Positions 26,227-34,779 of a DNA stretch of 34,779 bases are shown here, piece by piece (position 1 is the stretch's first letter; each line of letters starts with the position of its first letter). The stretch is from positions 1 through 34,779 of the forward strand of contig JANRLW010000045.1 of NCBI GenBank assembly GCA_033762295.1, given 5' to 3'. Under the pieces are notes generated by a model. That model saw nothing but the letters and a program-made list of their open reading frames with translations. It had not been told where the DNA came from and did no database searches. A program made the position numbers and the translations under genes. This DNA comes from Capsulimonadales bacterium. GTDB lineage: Bacteria; Armatimonadota; Armatimonadia; Armatimonadales; Armatimonadaceae.

Positions 26227-27369
26227 CTACCCCGACGGCGGCCGGGAGAAGACCTGTCCTGCGCGGAAAAGGGCGGTCGATGGTTCTCCGGATTCCGAAC
26301 GTTCACGAATCCTCGCCGCGCACTCCTCCGGGGTGAGGACCGACGTATCGACCTCCAGGTCGTAGAGGCCGGGACGGTGGACCCCGGTCTGCCAGCGCAG
26401 GACGGGCGGGGGGATCGGCGCATCGGCGGGCAGGTCGGCGTTCCATCCGGTGCTCCGTCGTCGTTCCATTATCACATCGATCGGACAGCGGACGCCGACG
26501 AACAGGACCGGCAGACCGGTCAAGCGTCGGGCGGCGTCGGTGAGGATGCCTCGTGGGAGCGAATAGTCATCGTGGTGTCCGATATCGGTCACCACGTTCA
26601 ATCCCAGACGGCTATGCGCGGCGATCGAGTCGTAAAGAGCGGCATAAAGGGTGGCGACGATCGGTTCCAGGTCGGGACGCTCGCCGCCGGGACGCAGACC
26701 GATCCCCGGCCGGAACCGTTCCGGGGTCGCGGCCATGAACCGATCGACGCCCAGGTTCATCCAGACGCCGTTGAAGGTCGCCTGTATCACCTCCGCGATG
26801 CGCGACTTGCCGGAGCGCGGGGTGCCGTTGAGAACGATGATCCGGCCCGGAGCGACGGGCGGAATGCGCCGCAGCATCCACAGATCGGGGTCGGTCGCCG
26901 CTCCGGACGCCACCGCGAACGGACGGACGCCGACCGTAACGAAGCCGAACCGTTCGTAGAACCGGCGCGCGTCGGTGTTACGCTCCCAGACGTCCAGGTA
27001 GAGGTGGGACGCCCTGCGCAGGCGGGGGTGAGCAAGGGTCGCCTCCATCAGCGCGCCACCGATCCCCTGTCGCTGGAATTCCGGCAGGACGTAAAACTGA
27101 CGCAGTTCGGCGTCCCCGTGATCGGAACCGGGCGGCAGTTCGCCGAACCGAACGTACCCGACCGGGCGATCCTCGACCTCCGCCACCAGAATCGTGTCGG
27201 TACGAAACGCCTGTTCGAACGCGCCCGGCGAGAGCGCGGTCGCCAGGCGCGCGGTCAGGTCGGACGGGGTAAAGGAGTGGCCGAACGCCCGCGCATAGGT
27301 TACGGCCGCCAGCACGGATAACGCCGGAGCGTCCTCGGGCCCCGCCTCCCGTATCCGGGGGGCGGTCAT
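26227..27369 (-). CDS. GNAT acetyltransferase fused to chloramphenicol-phosphotransferase-like kinase
   Basis: YVLPEFQRQGIGGALM...NTDARRFYERFGF (GNAT). IIVLNGTPRSGKS...LFVGVRCP...YDLEVDTS (CPT). Confidence 0.87.
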   Translation of the reverse strand: MTAPRIREAGPEDAPALSVLAAVTYARAFGHSFTPSDLTARLATALSPGAFEQAFRTDTILVAEVEDRPVGYVRFGELPPGSDHGDAELRQFYVLPEFQRQGIGGALMEATLAHPRLRRASHLYLDVWERNTDARRFYERFGFVTVGVRPFAVASGAATDPDLWMLRRIPPVAPGRIIVLNGTPRSGKSRIAEVIQATFNGVWMNLGVDRFMAATPERFRPGIGLRPGGERPDLEPIVATLYAALYDSIAAHSRLGLNVVTDIGHHDDYSLPRGILTDAARRLTGLPVLFVGVRCPIDVIMERRRSTGWNADLPADAPIPPPVLRWQTGVHRPGLYDLEVDTSVLTPEECAARIRERSESGEPSTALFRAGQVFSRPPSG

Positions 27370-27686
27370 GTCGTTTCCATCGGGTCTGCCGGACGCGGTT
27401 CGGAAACGGTCTCGGTCACCAGCAGTTCCTCCACGCGCAGGCGTTTGACATCGAGTTCCTCGATCTCCAGCCTGCGGATACGGGAGCGTCCGATGGCCAT
27501 GCTTCCGATGGCGACCGCGCCGATGGCGACCGCTCCGACCGAGACTGCGCCCAGCGCGAACGCGCCCAGCGCCACGGCCCCCAGCGAGAGCGCGCCGACC
27601 GCCTTCGCCTTCACGACGTGGCGCGAATCCGTTGTCGGAACCGCAGGGATCGGGTCGGTCGTTCGGATTTCGTCTGTTTCGTTCAT
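27366..27686 (-). CDS. Small hypothetical protein with Gly/Ala pentapeptide repeats
   Basis: About seven GAxx[LIV] repeats. GGAGGG RBS. ATGA overlap with the downstream gene. Confidence 0.75.
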   Translation of the reverse strand: MNETDEIRTTDPIPAVPTTDSRHVVKAKAVGALSLGAVALGAFALGAVSVGAVAIGAVAIGSMAIGRSRIRRLEIEELDVKRLRVEELLVTETVSEPRPADPMETT

Positions 27687-27716
27687 AAAGCCCTCCGGGT
27701 CTCAGGGTGGGATAGG

Positions 27717-28217
27717 TCAGGGCAGGTGGGCAAGCCGATTTTCCAGCGCGAGATAACTCCGTTCCGGCGTCTGGCCTGCCGTATCGAGGACGATACGATC
27801 CCCGTCCCAGGTTTCATAAAAGCGGCGGAGGACATCCTCCCAGGTCGGCAGGGAAAACCCTTCGATATCGGCGATACGGTTCTCGACGCGGGCGCGATGC
27901 TCCTCCGGGTCCGAACAGACGACTTCGATTTCGACAAAGGGAGAAAGAGCTTCCTTCGCCACGGTCCGCCACGCTTCCCGCGTGATCCGCAGAGGATTCA
28001 CGGTATCGGCGACCACCGACAGGCCGATCCTCAGGTTTTCGACGGCGAGGCGATAGGCGATATGATATCCTTCCGGGCCGTCCATGCGTCCCCCGGCATC
28101 GCGAATCGCCTGCTCGATCGTGTCAACCCGAAGATAGACGGCCCGACGCGATCCGGCCAGCGAACGGGCCAGCGTCGTCTTTCCGGTTCCGGGCAGCCCT
28201 CCGAAAACATACAACAT
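27717..28217 (-). CDS. AAA_33-type P-loop kinase
   Basis: GGLPGTGKTTLA, LRVDTIEQA, VVADTVNP, EHRARVE. Confidence 0.88.
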   Translation of the reverse strand: MLYVFGGLPGTGKTTLARSLAGSRRAVYLRVDTIEQAIRDAGGRMDGPEGYHIAYRLAVENLRIGLSVVADTVNPLRITREAWRTVAKEALSPFVEIEVVCSDPEEHRARVENRIADIEGFSLPTWEDVLRRFYETWDGDRIVLDTAGQTPERSYLALENRLAHLP

Positions 28218-28252
28218 CTCGCTTTGCTCCTATGTGCTCCGACCGATCCGCA

Positions 28253-28696
28253 TTACCGGAGGATTCCGGATGGGAAGCGGTCGCTCCTGCCGGGGGCGTC
28301 CAACTCCCAGAGGCCGGGATAGGTCCGTACGAAATCGGAATCGTTCATTTCGAGAACGCCGGAGTACCCGACGGTCGGCGCTTCATATCGGTAGGTCGTC
28401 GCCGAAAGGCGTTCGTAACGCTGCGGCAGGAGAGCAAGGGACGCTTCCGGCAGATCGAGCCAGGCGACCGGAAGATCGGCGCTCTCCCCGATCGCCAGTG
28501 TGGTGCGGCGCATTTGCAGGAGATTGGTGGCGGGCGTAAAACCGAAATCGAGGTCACGGCAGTCGGACAGACCGGGAACCGGGGTGCCGTTCCATCGCCA
28601 CTCTCCGTCCGTCCGATGCTCGATCCGTAGTTCCCAGGTACGCTCGGCGATCCGTCCGCGAACGTTTCCGGACCGCGTTATCCATTTGCGATCGCA
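28253..28696 (-). pseudogene. N-terminally truncated putative glycolipid-binding domain protein
   Basis: CRDLDFGFTPATNLLQMRR, LPQRYERL and YPGLW resemble the family. Similarity stops at the palindrome cluster and no credible start is visible. Confidence 0.65.
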
Positions 28697-28793
28697 GGCC
28701 CGGGTACCCGCCTGCGGGTGCGAGGGCTGCCTGCGCGGCGGCGACACTCACGAGTGGGTACCCGGCGATCGGGACGCCACTAGTGGGTGTCGC
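28693..28793. repeat. Nested palindrome cluster (REP-like)
   Basis: CGCAGGC...GCCTGCG around CGGGTACCCG. Imperfect 24-bp inverted repeat GCGACACTCACGAGTGG.../...CCACTAGTGGGTGTCGC. Confidence 0.65.
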
Positions 28794-28797
28794 GGCA

Positions 28798-29220
28798 TTA
28801 CATAGTCCAGTCTTCAAATTTTAAATTGGGAACCTTGCTGAAATGGCGTGTATTCCGTGTTAGCAGGATAGCGTCGTTGACCAGCGCGATCGCTGCAATT
28901 TTCAGGTCCTGAGTGCCTATATTGATTTTGGCATGCTTCAGATCGTCAAAGCGATCCCCCGCCTCTTTGTCAAAGGGCAACAGATTTATTGTGCAATAGA
29001 TCGCCAAATTGTTTGTCAACGCCTTATAAGAAGGGATGTATCCGGTACCAGTCTGCGCTCGTGCCGATCTTTCCAGCCAGCCACGCATCTGCTCCTCGTA
29101 AACAACGATGCAGGTAACAATCTCGTTATCCAGAACGGTACTTAAGCGTAACGTCAGCCGTAAAGCCTCCGCGCCCCCATACCGAAGGACACTCATATGG
29201 TCAGTATCGAGCAGATACAT
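28798..29220 (-). CDS. vapC: PIN-domain (VapC-family) toxin
   Basis: YLLDTD, EEQMRGW, GTQDLKIAAIAL, LLTRNTRHFSKVPNLKFEDW. AT-rich. Confidence 0.93.
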   Translation of the reverse strand: MYLLDTDHMSVLRYGGAEALRLTLRLSTVLDNEIVTCIVVYEEQMRGWLERSARAQTGTGYIPSYKALTNNLAIYCTINLLPFDKEAGDRFDDLKHAKINIGTQDLKIAAIALVNDAILLTRNTRHFSKVPNLKFEDWTM

Positions 29221-29223
29221 TAT

Positions 29224-29445
29224 TTACTCGTTTTCCGTCTCATCTTTCGGACTGTCAGCAAATCGCCATTCTCTCCCTAACCGAACCGCTTCCTCAAAAT
29301 ACGGATTATTTGCGTCGATGCCGACAATCGCTCGCCATCCGCGTTTCTCCGGCTTAATAGCGGACTGGATCGTCATACGCTCCTCCATCTCTTTAATTCG
29401 AGATTCCAATTGTGCCACTCGCTCTTCCAGTGTTTGTATCGCCAT
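29224..29445 (-). CDS. Putative antitoxin
   Basis: 73-aa gene 3 nt upstream of the PIN gene. GGAGG RBS with TATAAT upstream. Confidence 0.8.
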   Translation of the reverse strand: MAIQTLEERVAQLESRIKEMEERMTIQSAIKPEKRGWRAIVGIDANNPYFEEAVRLGREWRFADSPKDETENE

Positions 29446-29494
29446 TGCCCACCTCCGAAACATTATACCGCCCTGATGCCCTTGCTTGCTTGGT

Positions 29495-29533
29495 AAACAA
29501 AACAAGGCCCCCGGCGAGTTGCCGGGGGCTGTT
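29495..29533 (-). terminator. Rho-independent terminator of ppdK
   Basis: GCCCCCGGC-aactc-GCCGGGGGC followed by CTTGTTTTGTTT. Confidence 0.85.
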
Positions 29534-29558
29534 CGTTGACGGTGCGACGGGTAACTGC

Positions 29559-32228
29559 TTACTTGTCGCTGACGCCTTTTCCGAGGGCTGCCTGGGCTGC
29601 CGCGAGGCGGGCGATCGGGACTCGGTACGGCGAACAGGAGACATAGTTCAGGCCGATCTTGTAGCAGAAGCCGACGGAGCGGGGTTCGCCGCCGTGCTCG
29701 CCGCAGATGCCGAGCTTGATGTCCGGGTTCGTGCTCTTGCCCTTGGCGACCGCGATCTCCATCAACTGCCCGACACCGGTCTGGTCGATCGACTCGAACG
29801 GGTCGCCCGGCAGAATCTTCTGATCGACATACGGCTTCAGGAACTTGTCCGAGTCGTCGCGCGAGAAGCCGAACGTCATCTGCGTCAGGTCGTTGGTACC
29901 GAACGAGAAGAACGATGCCTCCTTCGCGATCTCGTCGGCGGTCAGAGCGCCACGCGGCACCTCGATCATCGTTCCGAACGAGTAGTCGATCTCGACGCCC
30001 TGCTCCTCGACCACCTTCTTCGCCGTCGCTTCCAGACGCTCGCGGACAAAGCGGAGTTCGTTGACATGCCCGACCAGCGGGATCATGATCTCCGGAACCG
30101 CCTTGCCGCCCGCCTTGAGAACCTGCGCGGCTCCTTCCAGGATCGCGCGAGTCTGCATCTCGACGATCTGCGGGAAGACGATGGACAGTCGGCAGCCGCG
30201 AAGGCCCATCATCGGGTTGATTTCATGCATCTCCTCGACGGCCTTCAGCAGCTTTTCCTTCTCCGGATCGGACTCGCCCTTCGCCTTCAGAGCCGCCACT
30301 TCCTCGATCAGACCTTCGCGGCTCGGGAGGAACTCGTGCAGCGGCGGGTCGATCAGACGGATCGTCGCCGGTCGACCTTCGAGCGCCTCGAAGATGCCCT
30401 TGAAGTCCTCACGCTGGAAGACCAGCAGTTCGTCCAGAGCCGCCTGACGCTCGGCGTCCGAACCGGCCAGGATCATGGACTGCACGACCGGACGGCGCTC
30501 ACCCTCGAAGAACATATGCTCGGTGCGGCAGAGACCGATGCCCTCCGCGCCCAGCTTGATCGCAAGAGCGGTATCCTTGGGCGTGTCCGCGTTGGTGCGA
30601 ACGCCGAACTTGCCGCGAATCTCGTCCGCCCAGCCGAGATACGTGCCGAACTCGCCGGACAGCGACGCTTCCTGCACCGGCACCTGCCCCTCGATCACCT
30701 CACCGAGGGTTCCGTTCAGGGAGATGAAGTCGCCTTCCTTGATCACCTGACCGGTCGCCTTGACGGTGAAGGAGTTCTCGCCGACCGAGATTTCCGAACA
30801 ACCGGCGACGGTCGGGATGCCGAAGCCACGGGCGACCAGCGCCGCATGGGAGGTCATGCCGCCACGCTCGGTCAGAACGCCCTGCGCCGCCAGCATGCCC
30901 TTCAGGTCGTCGGGGGAGGTGTCGGCGCGGACGAGCACCACACGCTGACCCGCGCCGCCCTTGCCGAGTTCCGCCGCCTTCTCGGCATCGAACACGGCGA
31001 TACCGGTGGCCGCGCCGGGACCCGCCGGGAGTCCCCTGGCGAGAACGTTGTACTTCGCACCCGGCCCGATGACTGGCAGCAGGCACTGGGTCAGAAGGTT
31101 CGGATCGACACGCGCGATCGCGTCCTCTTTCGTGATCCGGCCCTCGTTCACCATATCGACCGCGATCTTGATGGCGGCCGGACCGGTGCGCTTGCCGGAG
31201 CGACACTGCAGGATGAAGAATTTGTTCTTCTCGATGGTGAACTCGATGTCCTGCATATCCTTGTAATGGTCCTCGAGGATCTTGCAGGTGCGGTCGAACT
31301 CGTTGTAGAGCGCCTCGCTGTAGGTGCGAAGCTCCTCGATCGTCTGCGGGGTGCGGACGCCGGCGACGACGTCCTCGCCCTGGGCATTGATCAGGTACTC
31401 GCCGAAGACGACGTTCTCGCCGGTGGACGGGTTGCGGGTGAAGGCGACCCCGGTGCCGCAGTCGTCGCCCATGTTGCCGAAGACCATCGCCTGCACGTTG
31501 ACGGCGGTGCCGATCTCATCCGGAATCTTCTCGCGGCGGCGGTAGATGATCGCGCGGTCGTTGTTCCAGGAGCGGAAGACGGCGGTGATGGCATCCTCAA
31601 GCTGCGCGAAGACGTCCTGCGGAAACTCCTTGCCGACCTGCTTTTCGAAGTGGGCGAGATACCGATCGCAGAGCTTCTTCAGGTTGTCGGCATCGACCTC
31701 CAGGTCGTTGGTGACGCCCAGTTCCGACTTGAAGTCGCGGAACATGTGCTCGAAATCATGCTTGGAGAGGTGGCCGAACTCATGGGAGTAGGCGACATCG
31801 GCCAGCATCATGATGAGGCGGCGGTAGGAGTCGTAGACGAAGCGGGGGTTGCCGGAAGCTTCCGCCAGCGCCAGCGCCGTCTCGTTGTTCAGACCGAGGT
31901 TCAGAACGGTGTCCATCATGCCGGGCATGGAGAACTTCGCGCCGGAGCGAACGGAGAGCAGGAGCGGATTGTTCGGATCGCCCAGCTTCTTGCTCTGGTC
32001 GTTTTCGACGTCCGCCAGTGCGGTCCTCACCTCGTCCATCAGGCCCTCGGGAAGCTGCTTGCCGCCCGCGTAGTAGTCGGTGCAGACTTCGGTGGTGATG
32101 GTGAATCCGGGGGGAACGGGCAGACCGATGTTGGTCATCTCCGCAAGGTTCGCCCCCTTGCCGCCGAGCAGGTCGCGAAGACTTCTGTCGCCTTCGCGGA
32201 AGAGCCAGACACGCTTTTGTGTCGCCAT
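29559..32228 (-). CDS. ppdK: Pyruvate, phosphate dikinase
   Basis: LLGGKGANLAEM, SVRSGAKFSMPGMMDT, GGMTSHAA, GLCRTEHMF, FSFGTNDLTQM, GICGEHGG. AAGGA RBS. Confidence 0.98.
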   Translation of the reverse strand: MATQKRVWLFREGDRSLRDLLGGKGANLAEMTNIGLPVPPGFTITTEVCTDYYAGGKQLPEGLMDEVRTALADVENDQSKKLGDPNNPLLLSVRSGAKFSMPGMMDTVLNLGLNNETALALAEASGNPRFVYDSYRRLIMMLADVAYSHEFGHLSKHDFEHMFRDFKSELGVTNDLEVDADNLKKLCDRYLAHFEKQVGKEFPQDVFAQLEDAITAVFRSWNNDRAIIYRRREKIPDEIGTAVNVQAMVFGNMGDDCGTGVAFTRNPSTGENVVFGEYLINAQGEDVVAGVRTPQTIEELRTYSEALYNEFDRTCKILEDHYKDMQDIEFTIEKNKFFILQCRSGKRTGPAAIKIAVDMVNEGRITKEDAIARVDPNLLTQCLLPVIGPGAKYNVLARGLPAGPGAATGIAVFDAEKAAELGKGGAGQRVVLVRADTSPDDLKGMLAAQGVLTERGGMTSHAALVARGFGIPTVAGCSEISVGENSFTVKATGQVIKEGDFISLNGTLGEVIEGQVPVQEASLSGEFGTYLGWADEIRGKFGVRTNADTPKDTALAIKLGAEGIGLCRTEHMFFEGERRPVVQSMILAGSDAERQAALDELLVFQREDFKGIFEALEGRPATIRLIDPPLHEFLPSREGLIEEVAALKAKGESDPEKEKLLKAVEEMHEINPMMGLRGCRLSIVFPQIVEMQTRAILEGAAQVLKAGGKAVPEIMIPLVGHVNELRFVRERLEATAKKVVEEQGVEIDYSFGTMIEVPRGALTADEIAKEASFFSFGTNDLTQMTFGFSRDDSDKFLKPYVDQKILPGDPFESIDQTGVGQLMEIAVAKGKSTNPDIKLGICGEHGGEPRSVGFCYKIGLNYVSCSPYRVPIARLAAAQAALGKGVSDK

Positions 32229-32338
32229 GAGTATGGTTCCTTTATGAACGTTGATTTCGTGAGGATTTCGGTGCGGTCTTGCCGCAACAAAGCCGCGCCA
32301 TCGCATTAGGTTCCAGCGAGACGCGGCAAAACCTGGCT

Positions 32339-32368
32339 ATTGTACCCGAAACCTGCGAGGGAGGTCAA
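32339..32368 (-). promoter_or_regulatory. sigma70 promoter of ppdK, TTGACC-N18-TACAAT
   Basis: Near-consensus hexamers. Confidence 0.7.
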
Positions 32369-32433
32369 TTGAGGTCGGTTCCGGGAAGCGGGTCGGCGAC
32401 GGAAAGGAAGCGATCGGACCGCAAGGATCGGGA

Positions 32434-32521
32434 TATTGTTTCGGAACAATACAAAAATTAACCCGAATTTACGAGCGTATCCGTCGATAGTGCCGTATTA
32501 TGGAGCAGTGTTTCGGAACAA
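32434..32521. promoter_or_regulatory. Two palindromic operator sites TGTTTCGGAACAA
   Basis: TATTGTTTCGGAACAATA at 32434-32451 and TGTTTCGGAACAA at 32509-32521. Confidence 0.7.
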
Positions 32522-32543
32522 AGATCAGGAGGCGTATCTATCG

Positions 32544-33338
32544 ATGGTGACCAGGATGAATCGGACGTGGACGGCGCGGTGGCTGGCGACGCTGTGCGCG
32601 ACAGGGGCGATTTCCGGGGCAATGGCCGACCCGGTTTCGATCGTGAACCAGGGCTTCGAGGCGAATGCCGTCGCCAACGGAACCTTTCCCGTGCTGACCC
32701 CGACCGGGTGGTCGATTCTCGATCCCGGAAATATTCTCGACGGGGCGCTGGACGCGGTCGGAATCGTGAACCCGACCGGAACGACGTTCTATCCCGGAGG
32801 TGTTCCGGAAGGCAGTAACGCCGCGCTCATCTACCTGGGCGGAGACATCGGCGGGACCCCGGTCAGCCTGTCCCAGACCCTGTCGGCGACTCTCCGGGCG
32901 AACACCGTCTATACCCTGAACGTCCACGTCGGAAATATCGCGTCCGGTACCGGATTGCCGCCGTTCGATACCTTCGGCTTCTTCAATCTGACCGGCTTCC
33001 CCGGTTATCGGGTCCAGCTGCTGGCGGGCGGCATGGTCCTTGCCGAGGATGACAATACGCTGGCAGGAAGCATCCCGGACGGGACGTTCGCCCTCAGTTC
33101 GATTCGGGCGGTGATCGGGAACGAGCACCAAATGCTCGGACAGGCGCTGGAAATCCGCCTGACCAATCTCAACCGGGCGCAGACGCCGGAAAACCCCGGT
33201 ATCGAGGTCAATTTCGATAACGTCCGGCTCGATGCGTCCGCCGCCGCCCCCGAACCGGCGTCCCTGCTCCTCGTCGTCCCGGGCGGGATGGCCGCGATCG
33301 TCCGCCTGGCCGCGCGACGGAGAAGCCGACGGGCGTAG
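32544..33338 (+). CDS. PEP-CTERM sorting domain protein
   Basis: Signal peptide. C-terminal PEPASLLL, hydrophobic helix and RRRSRR tail. AGGAGG RBS. Confidence 0.88.
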   Translation: MVTRMNRTWTARWLATLCATGAISGAMADPVSIVNQGFEANAVANGTFPVLTPTGWSILDPGNILDGALDAVGIVNPTGTTFYPGGVPEGSNAALIYLGGDIGGTPVSLSQTLSATLRANTVYTLNVHVGNIASGTGLPPFDTFGFFNLTGFPGYRVQLLAGGMVLAEDDNTLAGSIPDGTFALSSIRAVIGNEHQMLGQALEIRLTNLNRAQTPENPGIEVNFDNVRLDASAAAPEPASLLLVVPGGMAAIVRLAARRRSRRA

Positions 33339-33378
33339 CGATCCCCGACCGAAGGGACCGCATGGTACACTGCGCTCG

Positions 33379-34518
33379 GTGAACGGACCTCGAACAAAAG
33401 GCGGCGGCGCGGCGGGAGAGCGGGACCCAACCCGACAGGAAGCCTGCGCCGAACGCCTGGCCGAACGGGCGCGACGTCTCGGGCCGGGGGCCCAGTTGCC
33501 GCAATTCCGTCAACTGCGGACCGAACTGGAGGTCAGCGGTACCACCCTGATCGCCGCGCTGGATGCCCTGGAGGCACGGGGCATTCTGGTGCGTCGACAC
33601 GGAGTCGGGATCTTCGTCGCCCGGGATGTCCATCACCGAAACGTCGCCCTGCTGACCGCGCCACGGCTTTTCTATCGCGATGAGAACGCGTCGCCGTTCT
33701 GGCAGCAGTTCGTTCGCCGCGCCTGGCTCCGTGCGGCCACCTCCGGAATGCACTTCGCCCTGCATTTCGTCGACGCCGACGAGCACGACGAAGCGACCGA
33801 TGCCGACGGCGCGCCGGTATCGCTCGGGGATATCCTCGCCGCCGACCTGCGGCAGGGGGTGATCCATGGCGTCCTGGGCGTCGGACTGCCCGCCTGCGCC
33901 GTTCAATGGCTGACACGACGCGGCATCCCGCTGGTGGCGTTCGCGGGGTACGCCCCCTACGCCGTCATGACCGATGAAGCGCTCGGCGTGCAACTGGCGG
34001 TGAAGACGCTGTTCGACCGGGGGGCGCGTCGGATCGCGCTCTGGACCACGTCCGAACGGGACGGCACGGTGCGCACCGCCTATCGCCAGGCGCTCGAAAT
34101 GCGCGGGTTGGCGGACGACCCCTCCCTGGTCAACGGAGGCCGGGAGGCTGATACGATCGTGTCCTCGTTACGGGAGGGAGAACGGATCGCACGGGACGTC
34201 TTCGGGCCGGGGAGGGACCCCCGAAACCGGCCCGATGCCGTCTATTGCGCCGAAGACACCCTGACACGGGGCGCGTTGCCCTGGCTTTTCCGAACGGGAA
34301 TCCGGATCGGGGTCGATCTTCCTTTTGCCACGCATGCCAACACCGGTTCCCCACTCCTGTTCGGATGGGAGGATTATCTGATCCGGATCGAGAACGATCC
34401 GGCGCGGGTTATCGAGGAGATGTTCCGTCTGCTCACCGCGCAGATGGACGGGCGGACGCCGTCCGAGGAACGCGTCATCCTCCCCCCGACCGTCCGTATT
34501 CCCCCGCCGACGGCCTGA
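33379..34518 (+). CDS. GntR wHTH plus LacI-type sugar-binding domain transcriptional regulator
   Basis: GAQLPQFRQLRTELEVSGTTLIAALDALEARGILVRRHGVGIFV, and PDAVYCAED...GIRIGVDL. Confidence 0.88.
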   Translation: MNGPRTKGGGAAGERDPTRQEACAERLAERARRLGPGAQLPQFRQLRTELEVSGTTLIAALDALEARGILVRRHGVGIFVARDVHHRNVALLTAPRLFYRDENASPFWQQFVRRAWLRAATSGMHFALHFVDADEHDEATDADGAPVSLGDILAADLRQGVIHGVLGVGLPACAVQWLTRRGIPLVAFAGYAPYAVMTDEALGVQLAVKTLFDRGARRIALWTTSERDGTVRTAYRQALEMRGLADDPSLVNGGREADTIVSSLREGERIARDVFGPGRDPRNRPDAVYCAEDTLTRGALPWLFRTGIRIGVDLPFATHANTGSPLLFGWEDYLIRIENDPARVIEEMFRLLTAQMDGRTPSEERVILPPTVRIPPPTA

Positions 34519-34548
34519 TCCGTCGCCTTCCTGCCGGCGAACCGCGAC

Positions 34549-34779
34549 CTAGGCGAGCGGGAACAGGTCGCGCAGTTCGTCGTCGTTCGGACGAGAACCG
34601 TACTCACAGATTCGGAACGCTTCGACGTACCGGGTATTGGCGGAGACGGTTCCGAGCAGCGGAACCCCGTCCACCTGGCTGCGCAGATACTCGCCGCGCG
34701 CCCGAATCCGCTTCGCCACCATTTCGCGGCGGCCCTCGGCGTCCGAAGGCACCTGGTCCAGCCGGTTGGCGTTGTAGGG
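34549..34779 (-). CDS. C-terminal part of a gene running off the window edge, function unknown
   Basis: Open frame with host-like codon usage ending at TAG 34549. Confidence 0.55.
   Translation of the reverse strand, partial: PYNANRLDQVPSDAEGRREMVAKRIRARGEYLRSQVDGVPLLGTVSANTRYVEAFRICEYGSRPNDDELRDLFPLA

Noticed and set aside
29412..32309. 965-aa plus-strand ORF
   Set aside because: Antisense shadow of ppdK caused by high-GC codon bias; no recognisable motifs.

Overview
High-GC bacterial chromosomal window. The DUF1559/H-X9-DG prepilin-like gene, GntR-LacI fusion regulator and PEP-CTERM protein suggest Armatimonadota or a similar lineage (inference). Gene order, left to right: dps, cytoplasmic HtrA, Tat-exported Gfo/Idh/MocA oxidoreductase, and a nitrogen locus (ANTAR response regulator-glnK-amtB) under a perfect sigma70 promoter whose ~350-nt leader holds a candidate dual-hexaloop ANTAR target RNA. 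Next come a split or frameshifted comEC with DUF721/DciA, a small lower-GC defence-like islet between direct repeats beside tRNA-Pro(GGG), a secreted PPC-domain protein with an inserted c-type cytochrome near a WD40-PA14 protein, a YcaQ-like glycosylase, a secreted thioredoxin-fold/AhpD fusion, ribokinase, an ECF sigma factor and an ahbAB-htrA-amidohydrolase operon. The right end has a GNAT-CPT fusion, a VapBC-like TA insertion with a palindrome cluster and truncated neighbour gene, ppdK, a PEP-CTERM gene with two operators and a GntR regulator. All calls come from motif recognition by eye; no database searches were run.
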